DNA of 63,632 nt, the filler included, from Neolecta irregularis DAH-3 (lineage: Eukaryota): NCBI GenBank assembly GCA_001929475.1. It is 7 parts of 7 records of this genome, joined end to end, with 100 filler letters (N's around TTAATTAATTAA, not from the genome) between each part and the next. Parts side by side here need not be neighbours in the genome. Positions count along the whole stretch, not along the records: positions 25,191 to 41,062 come from LXFE01000480.1; positions 41,163 to 52,110 come from LXFE01000481.1; 5 more parts are not named here. One strand, written 5' to 3'. Positions 35,592-49,118 of the stretch are shown here, one piece after another; positions within the stretch are counted from its first letter, which is position 1, and the number at the start of each line of letters is the position of its first letter. The notes under the pieces were generated by a model. It was given only the letters and a program-made list of their open reading frames with translations, was not told the origin of the DNA and ran no database searches. Position numbers and translations under genes: made by a program.

Positions 35592-38500
35592 ATGGATTTA
35601 GGGAACTTCATGAGTAACGCTGTCTATTCTCAGAGCTGCCGTTATCAACCTACACCAGTCACTACTTATTCCTATGCCGACTCACAGAATTCAAAACCAA
35701 ACTTAGTATGTTTACTGTAATCATTAGCTGATATAATGATGGCCGATGAATCATCGCTGATTGCTACTGAGAAAGTACTCTCGGCCGAACATTTCTTTCC
35801 CCATCCTAGTCGCGATCAAGTTCGATTTCCTCGATATTTCCAGCTTCTGCGCACGTTATATCTTCTGAATTCTTTGGCCCTCAAATACTTAATCCGGAAT
35901 TACCATGGTGCCAAATCAAACGGTCGCATTGATTGTCCTCGTCGAACTGGGTTTGAACAGTTAGTTCAGCGAGGGTTAGATTTCTATGTTGCTTCGGACT
36001 TTCACCATGACATCGGAGCCAGTATTGAAGAGGAGCACGACGTTGAATTGTTACAACTGGCAAAGGAAGCAGGTTCTGAAGGTGGACTGTTAATTGATAT
36101 CATAGATGGAATTCCCTCAGCTTGATTCGTCGGAAGACGGGTCGGAAGGAATAATATCTCTTCTCTGCTTCATTGATAATATAGATTTCGAGCTTTCGCT
36201 CGATTCAGAAGACTTCAGGGAAATCGATGAGGTTATGAATCCTTTTCAGTTATCTCAAAAACGACGCAAGTCACTCAGAACGCATTGGTTCTTACTTTGA
36301 GATCTGAAAGACGCAACCGAGAGTCCTTTCAAGATATTGTGTACAGCTGAGTCTTCTTTCGAGCAGTCACCGTTCGCTGGCAAAGTTGATAAACTAGCAT
36401 CAGATTTCTATCTTCCAATCATGCCTTCTCGCGAGCCTTCGATCGATCGAGAATTCGAATTCTCGCAGCCACTAGAGACTGAGACGCCGAATTCTACTCC
36501 GGGAGACGAATCCTCGGCTTCCAAATCTGATTCCTCACGTCTCAATCTCTCAGTCTTACCTTTCGAGTATCAGTGGGAACTATATCGAACAGCAATACAT
36601 AATAACATTGACCCTGGAATATTCAACTCTACAAATTTGCTCTCTGCTCTTCTTCCTCTAGTCAAGAACAGCGAAATGGAACTCTCGAGTTACAAGTCTC
36701 TACGCGAATCTATTAAAATATATTTAAAAACACTCTTTCCGAAGGGCAATCACACGTTGCCTATGGCAACCAGTGATTCGGATTGGCAGACTCTTCAAAG
36801 GCATAAATGGACTCATGGAACTATTCACCTGACTGCATCTATTGTTGAACGAAAATGGAATGGTCGTAAACAGTTTGCTATATCCACCAATCCACTCAAA
36901 ATCGGAACCTCTAACCGCTTCTTCCGCCGATTTGGTGGAGATCGGTTTCTTCTAATCACAATTCCCACCATCAGATCGGATCAACATCAGAAATTAATAT
37001 CGCTGCTTAGAACGCCATTCATTGTTTATGAGAGGAAGTATCAGCTATTTTGTGAGCGAGATAAAGGTAAAAGCGTGATGTTTTTTGCAACATCAGGCGT
37101 TTCTCCTAATCTTTCACTCCTTGAATTACTCGACTGGCATGCTCCCTTATTCCTCAATGCAGACCAGACGATGGCTAAATATTATTCGAGAATCGCATTG
37201 GGGTTATCTTCTAGTAAACCCACTGTCGAGTTCAATGCAAGCCAAATAATCGTTGAGGAAGATATCGTAAATTTACCAAATGGAGAGATCATGACAGATG
37301 GATGCGCGCTGGCTTCACCGCATGTATTTCGAGAAGTGCGACGAATTTTGAATCTGAATACAGTTCCTGTCGCTTTACAGGGACGTCTCGGTGGTGCCAA
37401 AGGCGTATGGTTCATGTCTCCCAATTCTGATAGATACGACGACGAATTATGGATACAAGTCCGTCGAAGTCAGTTAAAATTTGATGCCGATTGGATTAAT
37501 CGATCCTCAGAGGTCACCAGACTTACACTTGATGTTCTGAAAACTCCGAAGCCCCCCCAACCCGGAACTTTAAATCATCAGTTTATCTCAATATTATCTC
37601 AGCAAGGTGTTCCCGATGATGTATTCAAGGAAGAACTCGAACGTAATATTACAAGTAATATGAATGAATTTATCGCTGCGGTTCTAGAAGACAATGTTCC
37701 TCGACTTAGAGAACAGCTTGAACATAAGACATTTCTCTTGCGGAGGGCAGCTATGGGGCGTGAAAGCTACTATGATGAAGACGATATCGTGGCTGTCATA
37801 ACTGGCAATGAACCTATCGCAACGCACCCAAATGGTCGTCCTTTATCGAATGCGGAAACTTGTATAATGATGCTTGATGCTGGATTCAGGCCTCGAACTT
37901 GTAAATACATGGCGAGAAGATTTCGATGTATTATTCAGGAATACAGCAAAATAATTCAAGAAAAGATGCATATGGTTGTTCAGCAATCAAGCGTTCTATT
38001 AGCAAGCATGTCTATTGCTTTGAATTTAGTTTAACAATAGTCGCTGATCCTACAGGAACACTAGAAGAAGGGGAAGTCAGCATCCGCTTTTCACGACCAC
38101 TCATGGACGAAAACACCGGGATCTCGACCCTAGTTGTTGAAGGAGCGGTTATACTTGGCCGTAATCCAGCTTTACTTCCGACAGATTTACAGAAGGCAAA
38201 AGCGGTTGATTGTCCAGCGCTAATCACTCTTACCGATGTCATAGTTTTTTCTGTGAAAGGGGAAAAGAGTCTTGTTAGTTTGTTATCTGGCGGTACGTAC
38301 GATTGAGTTTATGATCTGATGAGGAGGTGATTTCGATGGTGATACGATATTTTGTTGCTGGGATCCTAGATTTGTCGTGCCTTTCAAAAATGCCTGTCGA
38401 AATTACGCCCAAATGGATCTTTATCTCAATGCTGATGAATGGTTTCATCGCAAGACTGAGAAAGCGCTCAAGATATTTCTTAGCGGCAATCCAGAAAAGA

Positions 38501-39538
38501 ATTACACCAACTTCGTTATTACTGAGACCCTCACTGACCGAAACAAACTCGGTCAGTGCTGCAATCTTCATGATTTGTTGATTTATCATCTTGGAAGCAG
38601 TAGAGATGCGGGGAAAGATAGCAGAGCGTTGCTGCTTGGTCATTTAGCGTAAAATATCTCAAGGTATTTAGCTGAGAGGCAGATCTACTCTTGTCGATTC
38701 AGGAAAGCAAGGGTTGCAGATAAACGAATCAAAATGGAGCGAGCTTGTTACGCAAATCAGAAAGGTAGCTCCAGAGTCTAACCCTCCCAGATGGTGGTAT
38801 TTCACAAAGAAAAATTACAGGAGCATGAGGGAGGCTGATCTTAATTTCCCATCAACTCATAATTGGACGAACATTCTGGATCTTTTGCACTGCAGAGTCG
38901 TTCCTGATATTATTAACAAACACCTAGAGCATTACGACCAAATTATCCGCGATGCGCCGGTCGATGACGAAGATATCGACCTGTTTTGGAAAAGTTTACT
39001 TCGTAGTTCATTGAAAGAGGTCTTTGAAAATGTACTGGAAGAAATAGAAAAAATTAAAAAGGGGATGGGTGATTTATATGACTACCGGCCGAAACGCTTC
39101 GAAGAAGATGAAGAGAAATATCATCAATTGCGCAACTCTTATATTGATGTAGAGTTGTATTACACTTGATTTTAACCTTTGTAGCAAAATCTCAGCTCGT
39201 TCTGGGCGAAGCTCGATGCGATTAAACCGCTTTGCAAATCAAAATCACTGAAGCAAAGTCTTGAAGAATCAACAGTTAGTTGTGATGGCACGTGGAACTG
39301 CATAAAAGCAGCAGCACTGTGGAAGTCGTATTTCTCTTGTAGGAAAAGATTAGTGTTTCAGACGGCTTCATTTGATGCGCTCATGCGGATAAAAGCCCAA
39401 GGAATTTCTAGACGACAAGGATCGAATGTTAGGTACTTGACATTGGAGGTATCAATTGTATTGTATCAGCGTTTGCTTATTCATGAGGCGTATTTATTAC
39501 TAGTGACGGGAAGAAAATGTATTGTGAAAGCGGAATGA
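35592..39538 (+). CDS. Cellular RNA-dependent RNA polymerase (RNAi; QDE-1-like), multi-exon
   Basis: Motifs RFFRRFGGDRFL, MTDGC, QGRLGGAKGVW, ADPTGTLEEGEV, GRNPALLPTDLQ and catalytic LSGGDFDGD (split by intron 38293-38326). The start is approximate. Confidence 0.93.
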
Positions 39539-40984
39539 TATCAATATGATTTAGCTTTTCTGCCTGATGAACAAGTATTACCAAAAGTTTGAATATCGTT
39601 TATGCGTGAAGCTTGCGCACGGTTTCGCAGTTAGTGGGGTTTCGTTATTTGCAAGACATTGACATCATATCTGGTCTGCTCATGCCGATTGACCCATCCA
39701 CGATGTCCTGTACAATTTGATATCGAAAGCATGGCGACAATGTCTTGTATTATGGAGTAGTAGGGTTGCGAAGAGCAGTATTTATGCAGTCAAGGGGGAT
39801 GAAAGCGAGACGTGGAATTGTCTTGACCGGATTTTTAAACAGATCCTGGCCGGAGAGACGATCGATCCAATGGGATTTAAAAATTCTCTCCAAATCTCTT
39901 GCTGGCGAGTTTTACCATGGAACAGATATTTGAGTGCACCCAGAGCAAAAATACCAGCGTTGGCTGGTGTATGCGGAATTAAGTTTATCTCTCCTACACG
40001 ACTTTCTGCCAAGGAGAGCAACAGGAAATGTATCAAAACATCCTGTTTGAGACTGAAAAATACTTTTGCGATCTAAATTGCGGGTTGAATGGCATGTTAT
40101 GCACGATAGGGAATCATCATTTACCCTGCATGTATGAAGAAATTCATTGAGACTATCAAACCCGCTATATTTGCAAAGTCCATGCTATACAGTATGAAGG
40201 TTGTGGCGCGGGTCGACATTTCATTTGCAGGGGTTTTAATTCCGGATAAATGAGTATTTTAGTTGATAACACCAGGACACGGCGGACGTTGTCAACAATT
40301 ATAATTCCGGACAACACAAATCACTCGCCATCCACCATCAACACGTGCCGTTAAAGATTCGAAGAATTATGAAATTTTTCTGAACACTTTAGATGGTTCG
40401 AAGGATCCACATTCACCAAAGCATTGACTCTGGGGTTCTAGATTTTCCTTGTTATATTTCGTAAAAACCAATTGTAGGGCTATCTCGTCTAATCTGCAGA
40501 ATCTACGCTACTTCTGGCCAGTCAACACGAGCTCCATCTTTCATTAGTGAGTCTGTTCAAACTGACGAGATTCCCTCTGGGACTCCACTCCAGTCAACAG
40601 CAATCATATCAATTGCAGTAGGAACTGACACAACATTCCCAAACTGGGCTTCAGAATCAGCGAATATCAGGAGTGTATGCAAATCCTTTCACATTCAAAA
40701 GTTATCAGACTCTCAAATGAAACTGAATCCTCAGCCATTGGACGATGAAACACCGAGTAGCTGCCTCGTATGGATTCTGAAGAAAAAAGAGAAAATGCGC
40801 GAGAAAAGGAGACGTAGGAGCTTGGAAAAACTTAGATTGTGGAAGTAGTTGTTGGGATATGGTAATCACTTCTGACTCTAACGATTGGAAATGTATACCG
40901 TAATCGACAAGACAATAACGGCAAGGAGGCGGTCTATTTCAACAATTGCAATCATAATCTTTCTTAGAGACATTTCTGTGAGAT

Positions 40985-41246
40985 TGTCAGTGTACAACCT
41001 TAGGTTGGGCGCTGATGTGGACTTAGGTTGGATATGCTGCCGTAGATACTTGCTAAAGAGAGNNNNNNNNNNNNNNNNNNNNNNNNNNNNNNNNNNNNNN
41101 NNNNNNTTAATTAATTAANNNNNNNNNNNNNNNNNNNNNNNNNNNNNNNNNNNNNNNNNNNNGTAGTTACTCTCTTTAACAGTATCTACGGCAGCATATC
41201 CAACCTAAGTCCACATCAGCGCTCAACCTAAGGTCGCGTGCTGACA
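40985..41246. repeat. The same ~78-bp repeat end in inverted orientation on both sides of a spacer
   Basis: 40985-41062 is approximately the reverse complement of 41170-41246. Both read TGTCAG... pointing into the gap. Confidence 0.85.
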
Positions 41247-41760
41247 TTGCGAGGTTCATTCACTAATGAAACATCTCACTGCGAAGAATTACAAGGATTT
41301 TCAAAAGATCCTGTTTGCCGATATCTCCACTTCCATAACAGGCGAAGATCACAGACGATACAATTGAGCACTGCTATCGAAAATGGCTTCTTGTGCTATT
41401 CCAGTACCTAAATGACTTCAATTTCGAACACAAGATGTTACTAAGCTTCTGTACCCAGTCTTCTGATTTACCTCTGCATTCCTGTAAACTCGGCTCTAAT
41501 TCCACTACAGGCTGCTTCTGTCGTCCCATCTTCGTGAAAGGCGCCCTCGACTATCGCATTGCGAAAGAATTAGGGCCAAGGGCGTTCACTGAAATATATC
41601 GGAATTAAAGAGAAGCAAATAAAATAATATCATTAAATATTGAGTTGAATCATCCCCAATATCGTATGTAGAATTTAATAACGCAGTATTTAACACTGAA
41701 CAAGTGTTGTCGGTGACTTGAAGAGAAACCTGTATTTCCTTACGCAATTAAATCCTCTAA

Positions 41761-42824
41761 ATGTCTGTAAAGCAAGCGAGTTATGGTTTGTTTATGCCGC
41801 CTTAATGACACAATTGACCAATCGTAGGAAAAGATTTTGTTCGAGTTTTGAAAGTCATTAGGGAGGCAGAGGGCAAACAAACCGTTGTTGAAATGACTGT
41901 GCGAACCCTGCTTTCTGTTGATACGGACGAATTCAAAAAGTCGTACACGGAGGGAGATAATTCACTGGTTATTGCTACGGATACGCAGAAGAATACTGTA
42001 AATGGTAGGATTTGAAATCGATTCGACAAGTTGAAAACGCGTAGTATTGGCGAAACAACACGACGTCCAGTGTCCCGAGGTATTTGCGACCATCGTTGCG
42101 AATCACTTTGTAGAAAAATACAGTCACATCCATGTGGCCGAAGTTTCAATTATACAAAATCGATGGTCTAGGATGATTATTGATGGGAAATCTCATCCTC
42201 ACTCCTTTTATCGAGATGGAAACGATGTTCGTAGTGCGCTAGTTACGGTCGATGATAAAAAAGGGATTACTATCAAGTCTGGGATCAAGGGTCTCCTTGT
42301 CCTGAAAAGTACCGGGAGTGCTTTCTATGGATTCCATCGAGATGAACTGACAACGCTTGCTGAGACCAATGATCGAATTTTCTCTACAAAAGTCGATTGT
42401 CAGCTATTATGGAACAAATTCTGGACTTTGGATGAAGTGAAACTCATGAAAAATGAGTTCATGAGAGGTTGGAATGTCGCGAGGGATGTAACAATGAGAA
42501 TATTTGCAACGGATGAGAGTGCGAGTGTTCAGAATACACTTTACAAAATGTGTTGCGATATCCTAAGGCAGGTTATGAAAGTCGAAGAAGTCAATTACAG
42601 TTTACCGAACGTACAATCTCTTTGCATATCTACCCTGTTTAACATGTTTAGAAACATTATGTAAATGTAGATCTCAAGCCATTCGGTCTGAGAAACGAAG
42701 GTAAAGAAGCAGAAGTGTTTCTCCCTTTAGCCCATCCAAGCGGTATACTTGCGTCTTTATTCACTGACTGACTTCAGGCCTTATTACCGCCACAGTTGCT
42801 CGCAAATCCCAAGGGAAAATATAG
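41761..42824 (+). CDS. Uricase (urate oxidase), 5 exons
   Basis: Motifs YGKDFVRVLKV, VIATDTQKNTV, VLKSTGSAF, SASVQNTLY, LPNKHY and PSGLITATV. Confidence 0.95.
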
Positions 42825-44141
42825 ATCGCCCATCAACCATGGATATAGATATTATATTGGACCTAGGAAATAGAAAATACACGCGATTACCACGGTTATC
42901 ACAGTAATCTTCAGTTTTATGAGCTTGTTTGGATCGTCTATAATTCTACATTCGATTAACATTTGTTTTTTTCCTACCAATTGTGAGATACGCCCAGGTT
43001 GTCGTACAGAGTTGAGATATACCTATTAGGTTACATGATTCTATCAATTTGGATCTTCTACTGCGACTTAAGCCTTACATGTTTTTGCAGTCAATCTTTG
43101 TAGATTGCGAGGAGAATGGGATTCGTTTTGCCAAGCTTCCACATCAAATCCTTCAACTACAACCCCTCTTGCAAGGCGAGCCTAGCTAGACCTGAAATGG
43201 CTGTTCTTTATCGGAGATAGACCCATCAGGTCGAGAGACATTCCAAAAAAAGCCACATTAGCAGATGGATTATTAGTGGTTGAACGTCAATGGCACTAAC
43301 TAGATGCACAATGTTCTAGCTATCTCTAATTATTATCTTCATACAGGGGCCACTCTAGCACAACGATGAACCGTCTCCAGTAACACCCATTAAGGTTTCA
43401 CTATAGAATGTAGCAATAATCGATCTATAAATCATTTCCTTCATGGAAATGGAAATGGAGGACGGGGTCCAAGCTGGGGAGAAGGAGGGTCTCACTCCCT
43501 TTCCCGCGAAATTAATGACATGGAAATTATAGAGGCTTATGGGTGCCGTCTGAACGTATGAAAAAATGATGAGTAAGTGCTAGAACGTTCGATAGAGCAA
43601 ATTCAATGCGCAAAAGAAGGAATTCGAGATTGAGTCTTCGCGCATGGAAGAGATACGCTGGTCTATATCCTTGTCAATTAACAACACATTTCTTAAGCGG
43701 ATGTATCATCTGCGCTACAATGCATATCGGCTTCTCTTTTACTTAGAATAACAAGGAGAACGGGCAGTGGAATTGCATTTGTCAGGTTACGGGTCCGGCT
43801 ATTATCCGACCGTGTGCCTATTTTGCCAGCCGGCTGCTCCCTTTCCACCGCCATGTTTCAGTCTAATCTGGGGATCTTCTGCCAACGCGTGGTTCGCCAA
43901 CTCACATATGAATCGCCTGTTTTGCACTGCAACGCTGTTCGGAGCAACACAGTTACACAATATTGTTATTCTTTTGTCCTCGCAATCATACGTTTGACTT
44001 TACCTCTTTCAGGTTTTGATCCGTAACCGTTTCCTCAATCCGTTTTTACTTAACAGCATCGTTTATTTTCTCGCAAACTAGACCCTTTCTTTTCCTATTC
44101 CTTTGTAGCAAGCTGGTTTTGCAACTACCATTAATAAGACC

Positions 44142-45938
44142 ATGTCGATCAAGGTGCGCATCCCCTTATTTACTATGGTCCAACTGAAAACCTGTCAGCA
44201 AGAGCTCGAAACTTGGGTTTCTGCTCTGGCCTTCTTCGATGGACAGGAATACGATAAATCGCTGGCCGAATTTGAAATGATTGGTGATCAGGCTAAATAC
44301 CTCTTTAATATTGGAATTATCCATGCCACTGTTGGCCGACATATTCAAGCTGTATGTCCCTTCTTCACTATTGTAATTCTGATATTCATCTAGGTCCAAG
44401 TATTGTTGTGGAAATTGATACTGGCTCATAGATAGTCTTTCCAGGAAGCAGTGAAACTGGATCGTTATCTCGCAATTGCATATTTCCAGGCTGGGGTATC
44501 CAATTTTTTACTGGAGGAGTTCGAGCTGGCATTGGGCAATTTCAACGATGCCCTTTTGGTATAATAATGATCAGAGTATCATTGACAGAGAGTATCTGCG
44601 TGGCAACGTTCTTATCGATTACGATCAGATCGGCTTGACATTTCGACTCTTCTCTTGTGAAGTTCTGTTTAACAGAGGCCTATGTCAAATCTCCCAGGGT
44701 CAAACCAAGGAAGGTATGGCAGATCTTCGGTTTGCATGGAAAGAAAAGCAGACATTGGAACACGACGTCATCGACGAAGCCATCGCAGCCGAGGCTCTAG
44801 TATGTCTTGAAAGTCACAAGTGGAATTTACATTTGCAGGGCTTCACTGTGTTTTCGATTCCGGTGGGTGTTCTCTTTCGTCCGAACCAGAACAAGGTCAG
44901 AAATGCCAAAACAAAGGATTACCTCGGAAAGGCAAGACTTGTGGCTGCAACCGATCGGAAAGATATATTTACTGGTTTCACAGGCTCAGAATTACAAAAG
45001 GCAAGAGTGTAAACCGGATTTTGTCTCTGATTCATTAGGTTTCCTTCCGTGAAGAACAAAATATATCTATGGAGCAGAGACCAAAGCTCGCCAAGACAAG
45101 CGTTGCGCAATCTGTCTCTTCCAGTAGTTTTAATTCATTCGAAAGCACATCTTTTAATCAGCTTAATCACATTCTGCGGTCGAACACCATTAATTTGCCA
45201 CCAACTCCCCCAAATGAAGGCGAGACTTCCCATCGCGAGCTGCTTATGAGGAACTATAGCACCTCTGATAGGTCGGACATTCGTGATCAAGATAAATCTC
45301 GAAGAAGAGGCCGAGATCGCAGTAGACCAGCCTACCCTAGCGATAATCGCACTATTAATCGAAGCTTGTCACGGAGGGGCTTCTTATCATCTCGCGGTAG
45401 TAGTCAGGAAAGATCGCAAGTATCTGCATATTCTGCATACACGAGCAGCAGTCGAAGAATTCAACAGAGCAGAAATAATTCGGAAGAAGATGAACCATTT
45501 GACGCACAGTCGTTGTACGATGCTTATTGCTACTACGACAATGATCATCAGAAACGAACACATAGACAGAAAGCACCTCGACGTACAGATGACCAATCCG
45601 ATTATGAAGAAGATTATAATGAGCCCGACTTTGAAATGATCAGGAAAATCGAGTGCCAGAAAGTGAAAGTCAGAATTCATTTCGCAAACGAAATTCGAGC
45701 TCTCGTTGTTCCCATAGACATCGAGTTTGACAAGTTCAGACGCCGTATCATAGATAAACTCGAGATTAAGTGTCGTATCAAAGTCAAAGCTAGAGATGAA
45801 GACGGTGAACTGATAGTTCTCGGAGACAACGAGGATCTGGAAATGATCATGTTCGCAGCAAAAGAGGAGGCTAGACGAAAACGTGTTGAACTCGGAAGGA
45901 TAGAGGTTTGGTGTCTTGAAGAGTCAACATATCTATAA
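44142..45938 (+). CDS. noxR: NADPH oxidase regulator NoxR (p67phox homologue), multi-exon
   Basis: N-terminal TPRs (KQELETWVSAL, YLAIAYFQAG, LFSCEVLFNRG), FSIPVGVLFRP..K...KTKDYLGKARLVA, and a C-terminal PB1 domain (KVKVRIH...DEDGE). Confidence 0.92.
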
Positions 45939-46186
45939 GAATTCTGATGATCTTTGGTGGCCGAGTTGTTTTTTACGATCCTGATTTTGGTTTGGTTATT
46001 GTCGGAGCTTCTGGTCTTTTGGGGTTCTTTATATACAGGTAACAGATAGAAAATCGAACTATTCATCGAATACCATTAATGAACCATAGCTTTAAGATCT
46101 GAGCCTGTCATAGAGGTGGTTCAACTTTACATTATTGCCGACAAGAGAGGGTAATAAAATGAGACGTTTTGAAAGTAAGTAATCTC

Positions 46187-46267
46187 GGAGACATGGCCGA
46201 GTGGTTATGGCGTTAGATTTAGGCTCTAATGGGTTCGCCCGCGTGGGTTCAAGTCCCACTGTCTTCA
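46187..46267 (+). tRNA. tRNA-Leu (anticodon TAG)
   Basis: Acceptor stem GGAGACA/TGTCTTC; D-arm TGGCCGAGTGG; anticodon arm TTAGA-TTTAGGC-TCTAA; long variable arm; T-loop GGTTCAAGTCC; followed by a T-run terminator. Confidence 0.93.
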
Positions 46268-46453
46268 ATATTTTTCTCATTCTTGATACATGTTCACCCC
46301 TACTTTTGGTATATTTCTTTTCTAATATATTATTACCCTTCTTCTGAGCACTGAGGGAAAGGATGATAATAATCGTTGATTAACCTAGGCTGCTTGTTGA
46401 AGCGGAACATTTATCAACCACCTCGACACCAGGACGCTGAGGAAACCTATAAT

Positions 46454-47021
46454 ATGGTATTTCGAATTTTGATGCACTGCTAATATCTCAGGCTCATAGG
46501 ATAATAGCACAGAGTATTTAACAAAGCCAATCTATCCCTTTTTAACTAAATAGTTGTGGTGATCGGTACGCAAGTTGTCGGAAAAGCTTTTATCGAAGCA
46601 TATCGGCAGGCAGCAGCTACAAGTGCTGGAGCTGCTAGATCTCAGGCGGCGTCTTTCGGGGGAGCAGCCGCGAAAGATTCTATCACACAGAAGACTGGAA
46701 TCACATCGGAAGAAGCTTGTCAGATACTTGACGTACCAAAAGACAAAATATCTCTCGATGGCGTTATGAAGGTACGCCTATCTTTTGAAGCCGGGAATAT
46801 TGAAAACATTCCAGCGGTATGAAAAGCTATTTACGATGAATGAACCAAAGAATGGAGGATCGCAGTATCTGCAGGCAAAGATTTTTCGGGCAAGAGAACG
46901 TCTAGGTCCAGCACCTCAGTATTTGCCATTAAACTAACCGAAAGAAATGGAGCTTGCTCAGAAGAAAGCTGCTTCAGAAGTTCAGGAGGCGTCAAAGCAT
47001 TCGGACAGCTCATCATCATAA
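46454..47021 (+). CDS. PAM16: Mitochondrial import motor subunit Pam16/Tim16, 5 exons
   Basis: Motifs MAHRIIAQIVVIGTQVVGKAFIEAYRQA, EEACQILDV and NGGSQYLQAKIFRARERL. Confidence 0.93.
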
Positions 47022-48355
47022 AGACTTTATGGCCCCTTCATCGACGCAAAGATTTCCTTTGGTATTGTACTTAGAGTAAGCGAGCATTGTAGATTTTGGG
47101 AACTATTTTGTCTGTCTTTAGAATGTGTAGATGTCTTTATATGCCAACCTAATAACTATTTCTCCTTCATATCACTCTAGCCTTGTTTGACATGTTCCCT
47201 AGGGAAAAGGTTTGTGAGCCCTGGCTTCTTTCTAACTCTCCCAACTCAAAGAAATATGGACATGATTAATCAATCATACTCAGCCCAGTCTGTGGGGATT
47301 TGAAAGTTCTTTTGCAAGAGGAATGCTCAGAGAGACATTGAATTTCCTGTTTGCAAGTTTGTTTCAAAAGATCTTTTTCCGAATTTCCGCAAATCTTTCT
47401 TGTCCAATTATAGGAAAGATTAAAATGCAAAACCTCCTTTACCGTATAAATGATCTCCATTAATTCGTTTGTCCACTCGCTCCACAATCAATTAGCAGCT
47501 CGCTCGGTTTTCGAAGAAGCTGCTCACGCATTCCTTCTTCTAATCTAATTTTCGATAATGTTCTCTACAGAAGATGGAACTTTTTGATTGTTTTGGCTGT
47601 TGTCATTCGTCATTGCGAGCAGGAGCCTTTCCCTTTATAGACAATCCCACGTGCATGTGTCACCAAACCTCATAACAAGATGTGAAAAACATGACCTAAT
47701 ATCGATTATATGATCTAGACCTAGAGCGCTTACTAAAAGTATGCTTGACTATCATACAATTTGACAAATTTGGACGCTTTAAATATCATGGATTGCTTGA
47801 TCGCCATGTTGCTGCGGGTGATGAATTCTCTGTGGTAATACAGAATTTCAAGAATTTTAGCCAGTTCATAGCCCTATTTCTTGAACAAGAAACCCTTTTG
47901 AGTTAGACCTCACTGGAGGCTATTTTGTCAAGTTGAAATATTTCAATGAAATGTAGGCGATGTATAGTGCAGACATAATGAATAATCTTCAGCCATGTTG
48001 ACCCATGATTAGAGATAATCATGAACCTGGCAATATATTCTTTTACAGAAACGATCGACGTTGGATGCTAGGCAAGGTTAGTTCGGGCAAGTCTGATGAT
48101 CTTTCTACTTGTCAAACGTCGGGATTCTACTTTGATTCTTGTATTCAGATAAAAATTAACATTCAGGAACTTTGGTAGATGCACAGACTGGAAGCGCACA
48201 TGTTCTTTAGACCTATCTTTAAGGAAATATCAGCTGGGTATAGCATGGATACCGAGTCTAGTCCAGAAAACAATAATTCTGTTACAAGAATTCTTCTATT
48301 AGGGCTTATTTACACTATATGCTCCATCCCGATATGATACAAATTTACCAGGCGA

Positions 48356-49118
48356 TTATGTACTGCATGAAGTGGGTACCAAACCGTTAATCCAGCTCTC
48401 CCATGCAATCCACTCTTCTCGTTGAACATTGACGTCAAAGCAGATGACTTTCAGAAAGCGACTTTCCCAACGCCTTACTCTGCCTCCTGACACTCCAATC
48501 TTTCCAGCCCACCAATCTATACTCAGGTATTCAAAGTCTGAAGATGGCGAGAAGCATTTGAACGCAATGAACACAGCCGAAGAGATCAAGTAAACCATGT
48601 TTATTGGTACCCAGCAGAACACATGTCGAGCGATAAGCAGGATTGCTGCTCGGAGAACTTGCTCTTTACTCTCAAACACTTTGCATGTAGTAATCGTCTC
48701 ACAGATCGCTAATTCGATAGGTATTTTAGTGAGTACACTGATTGCTAATGCGAAATTATGAGCCGTAATTGGCGTGCTGGATTTTGCTACGAAGGGATCC
48801 ATCTCGTCTGGAAGATCAAAGTCCTCTGGAATTGTTTTTCCTTGGTTCAATTCTGAAAGTTCTAACAAATCCGTGAATTTGAAAATCTGGCCGAGAGCTT
48901 CTCTGAGATCGGTTTCCAACGTCTCATCAAGAACTGCGGGAATAGATGAGATATTTGCTGGATACTCCTTTGAGGGAGGCGACGAACAGAGTGAGGAAAT
49001 TGGACTGGTAAAACTGAAGATTGAGGAAATATCTGACACGCTCTCGTCGTCATCGTCATTGTCGGAATATATGCGGTCCGGATAAGGAGAACGGGGATAA
49101 GGGAGAACTCGGGTCATT
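48356..49118 (-). CDS. Cyclin-box protein, Pho85-cyclin (Pcl/Clg1)-like, divergent
   Basis: C-terminal cyclin-like pattern SAVFIAFK...WWA.K.G......WE.RFLK.I.FD.NV..EEW..W. Confidence 0.65.

Noticed and set aside
36149-36184. Possible GA-AG intron in the RdRP 5' region
   Set aside because: The frame stays open through it and no conserved motif requires splicing, so it cannot be supported without RNA data.
36337-38034. RdRP as an endogenous viral polymerase
   Set aside because: It has the cellular DxDGD motif and spliceosomal introns, not a viral GDD palm.
5015-42824. MEU1 and uricase as a purine catabolism cluster
   Set aside because: They are on different contigs with many unrelated genes between them.
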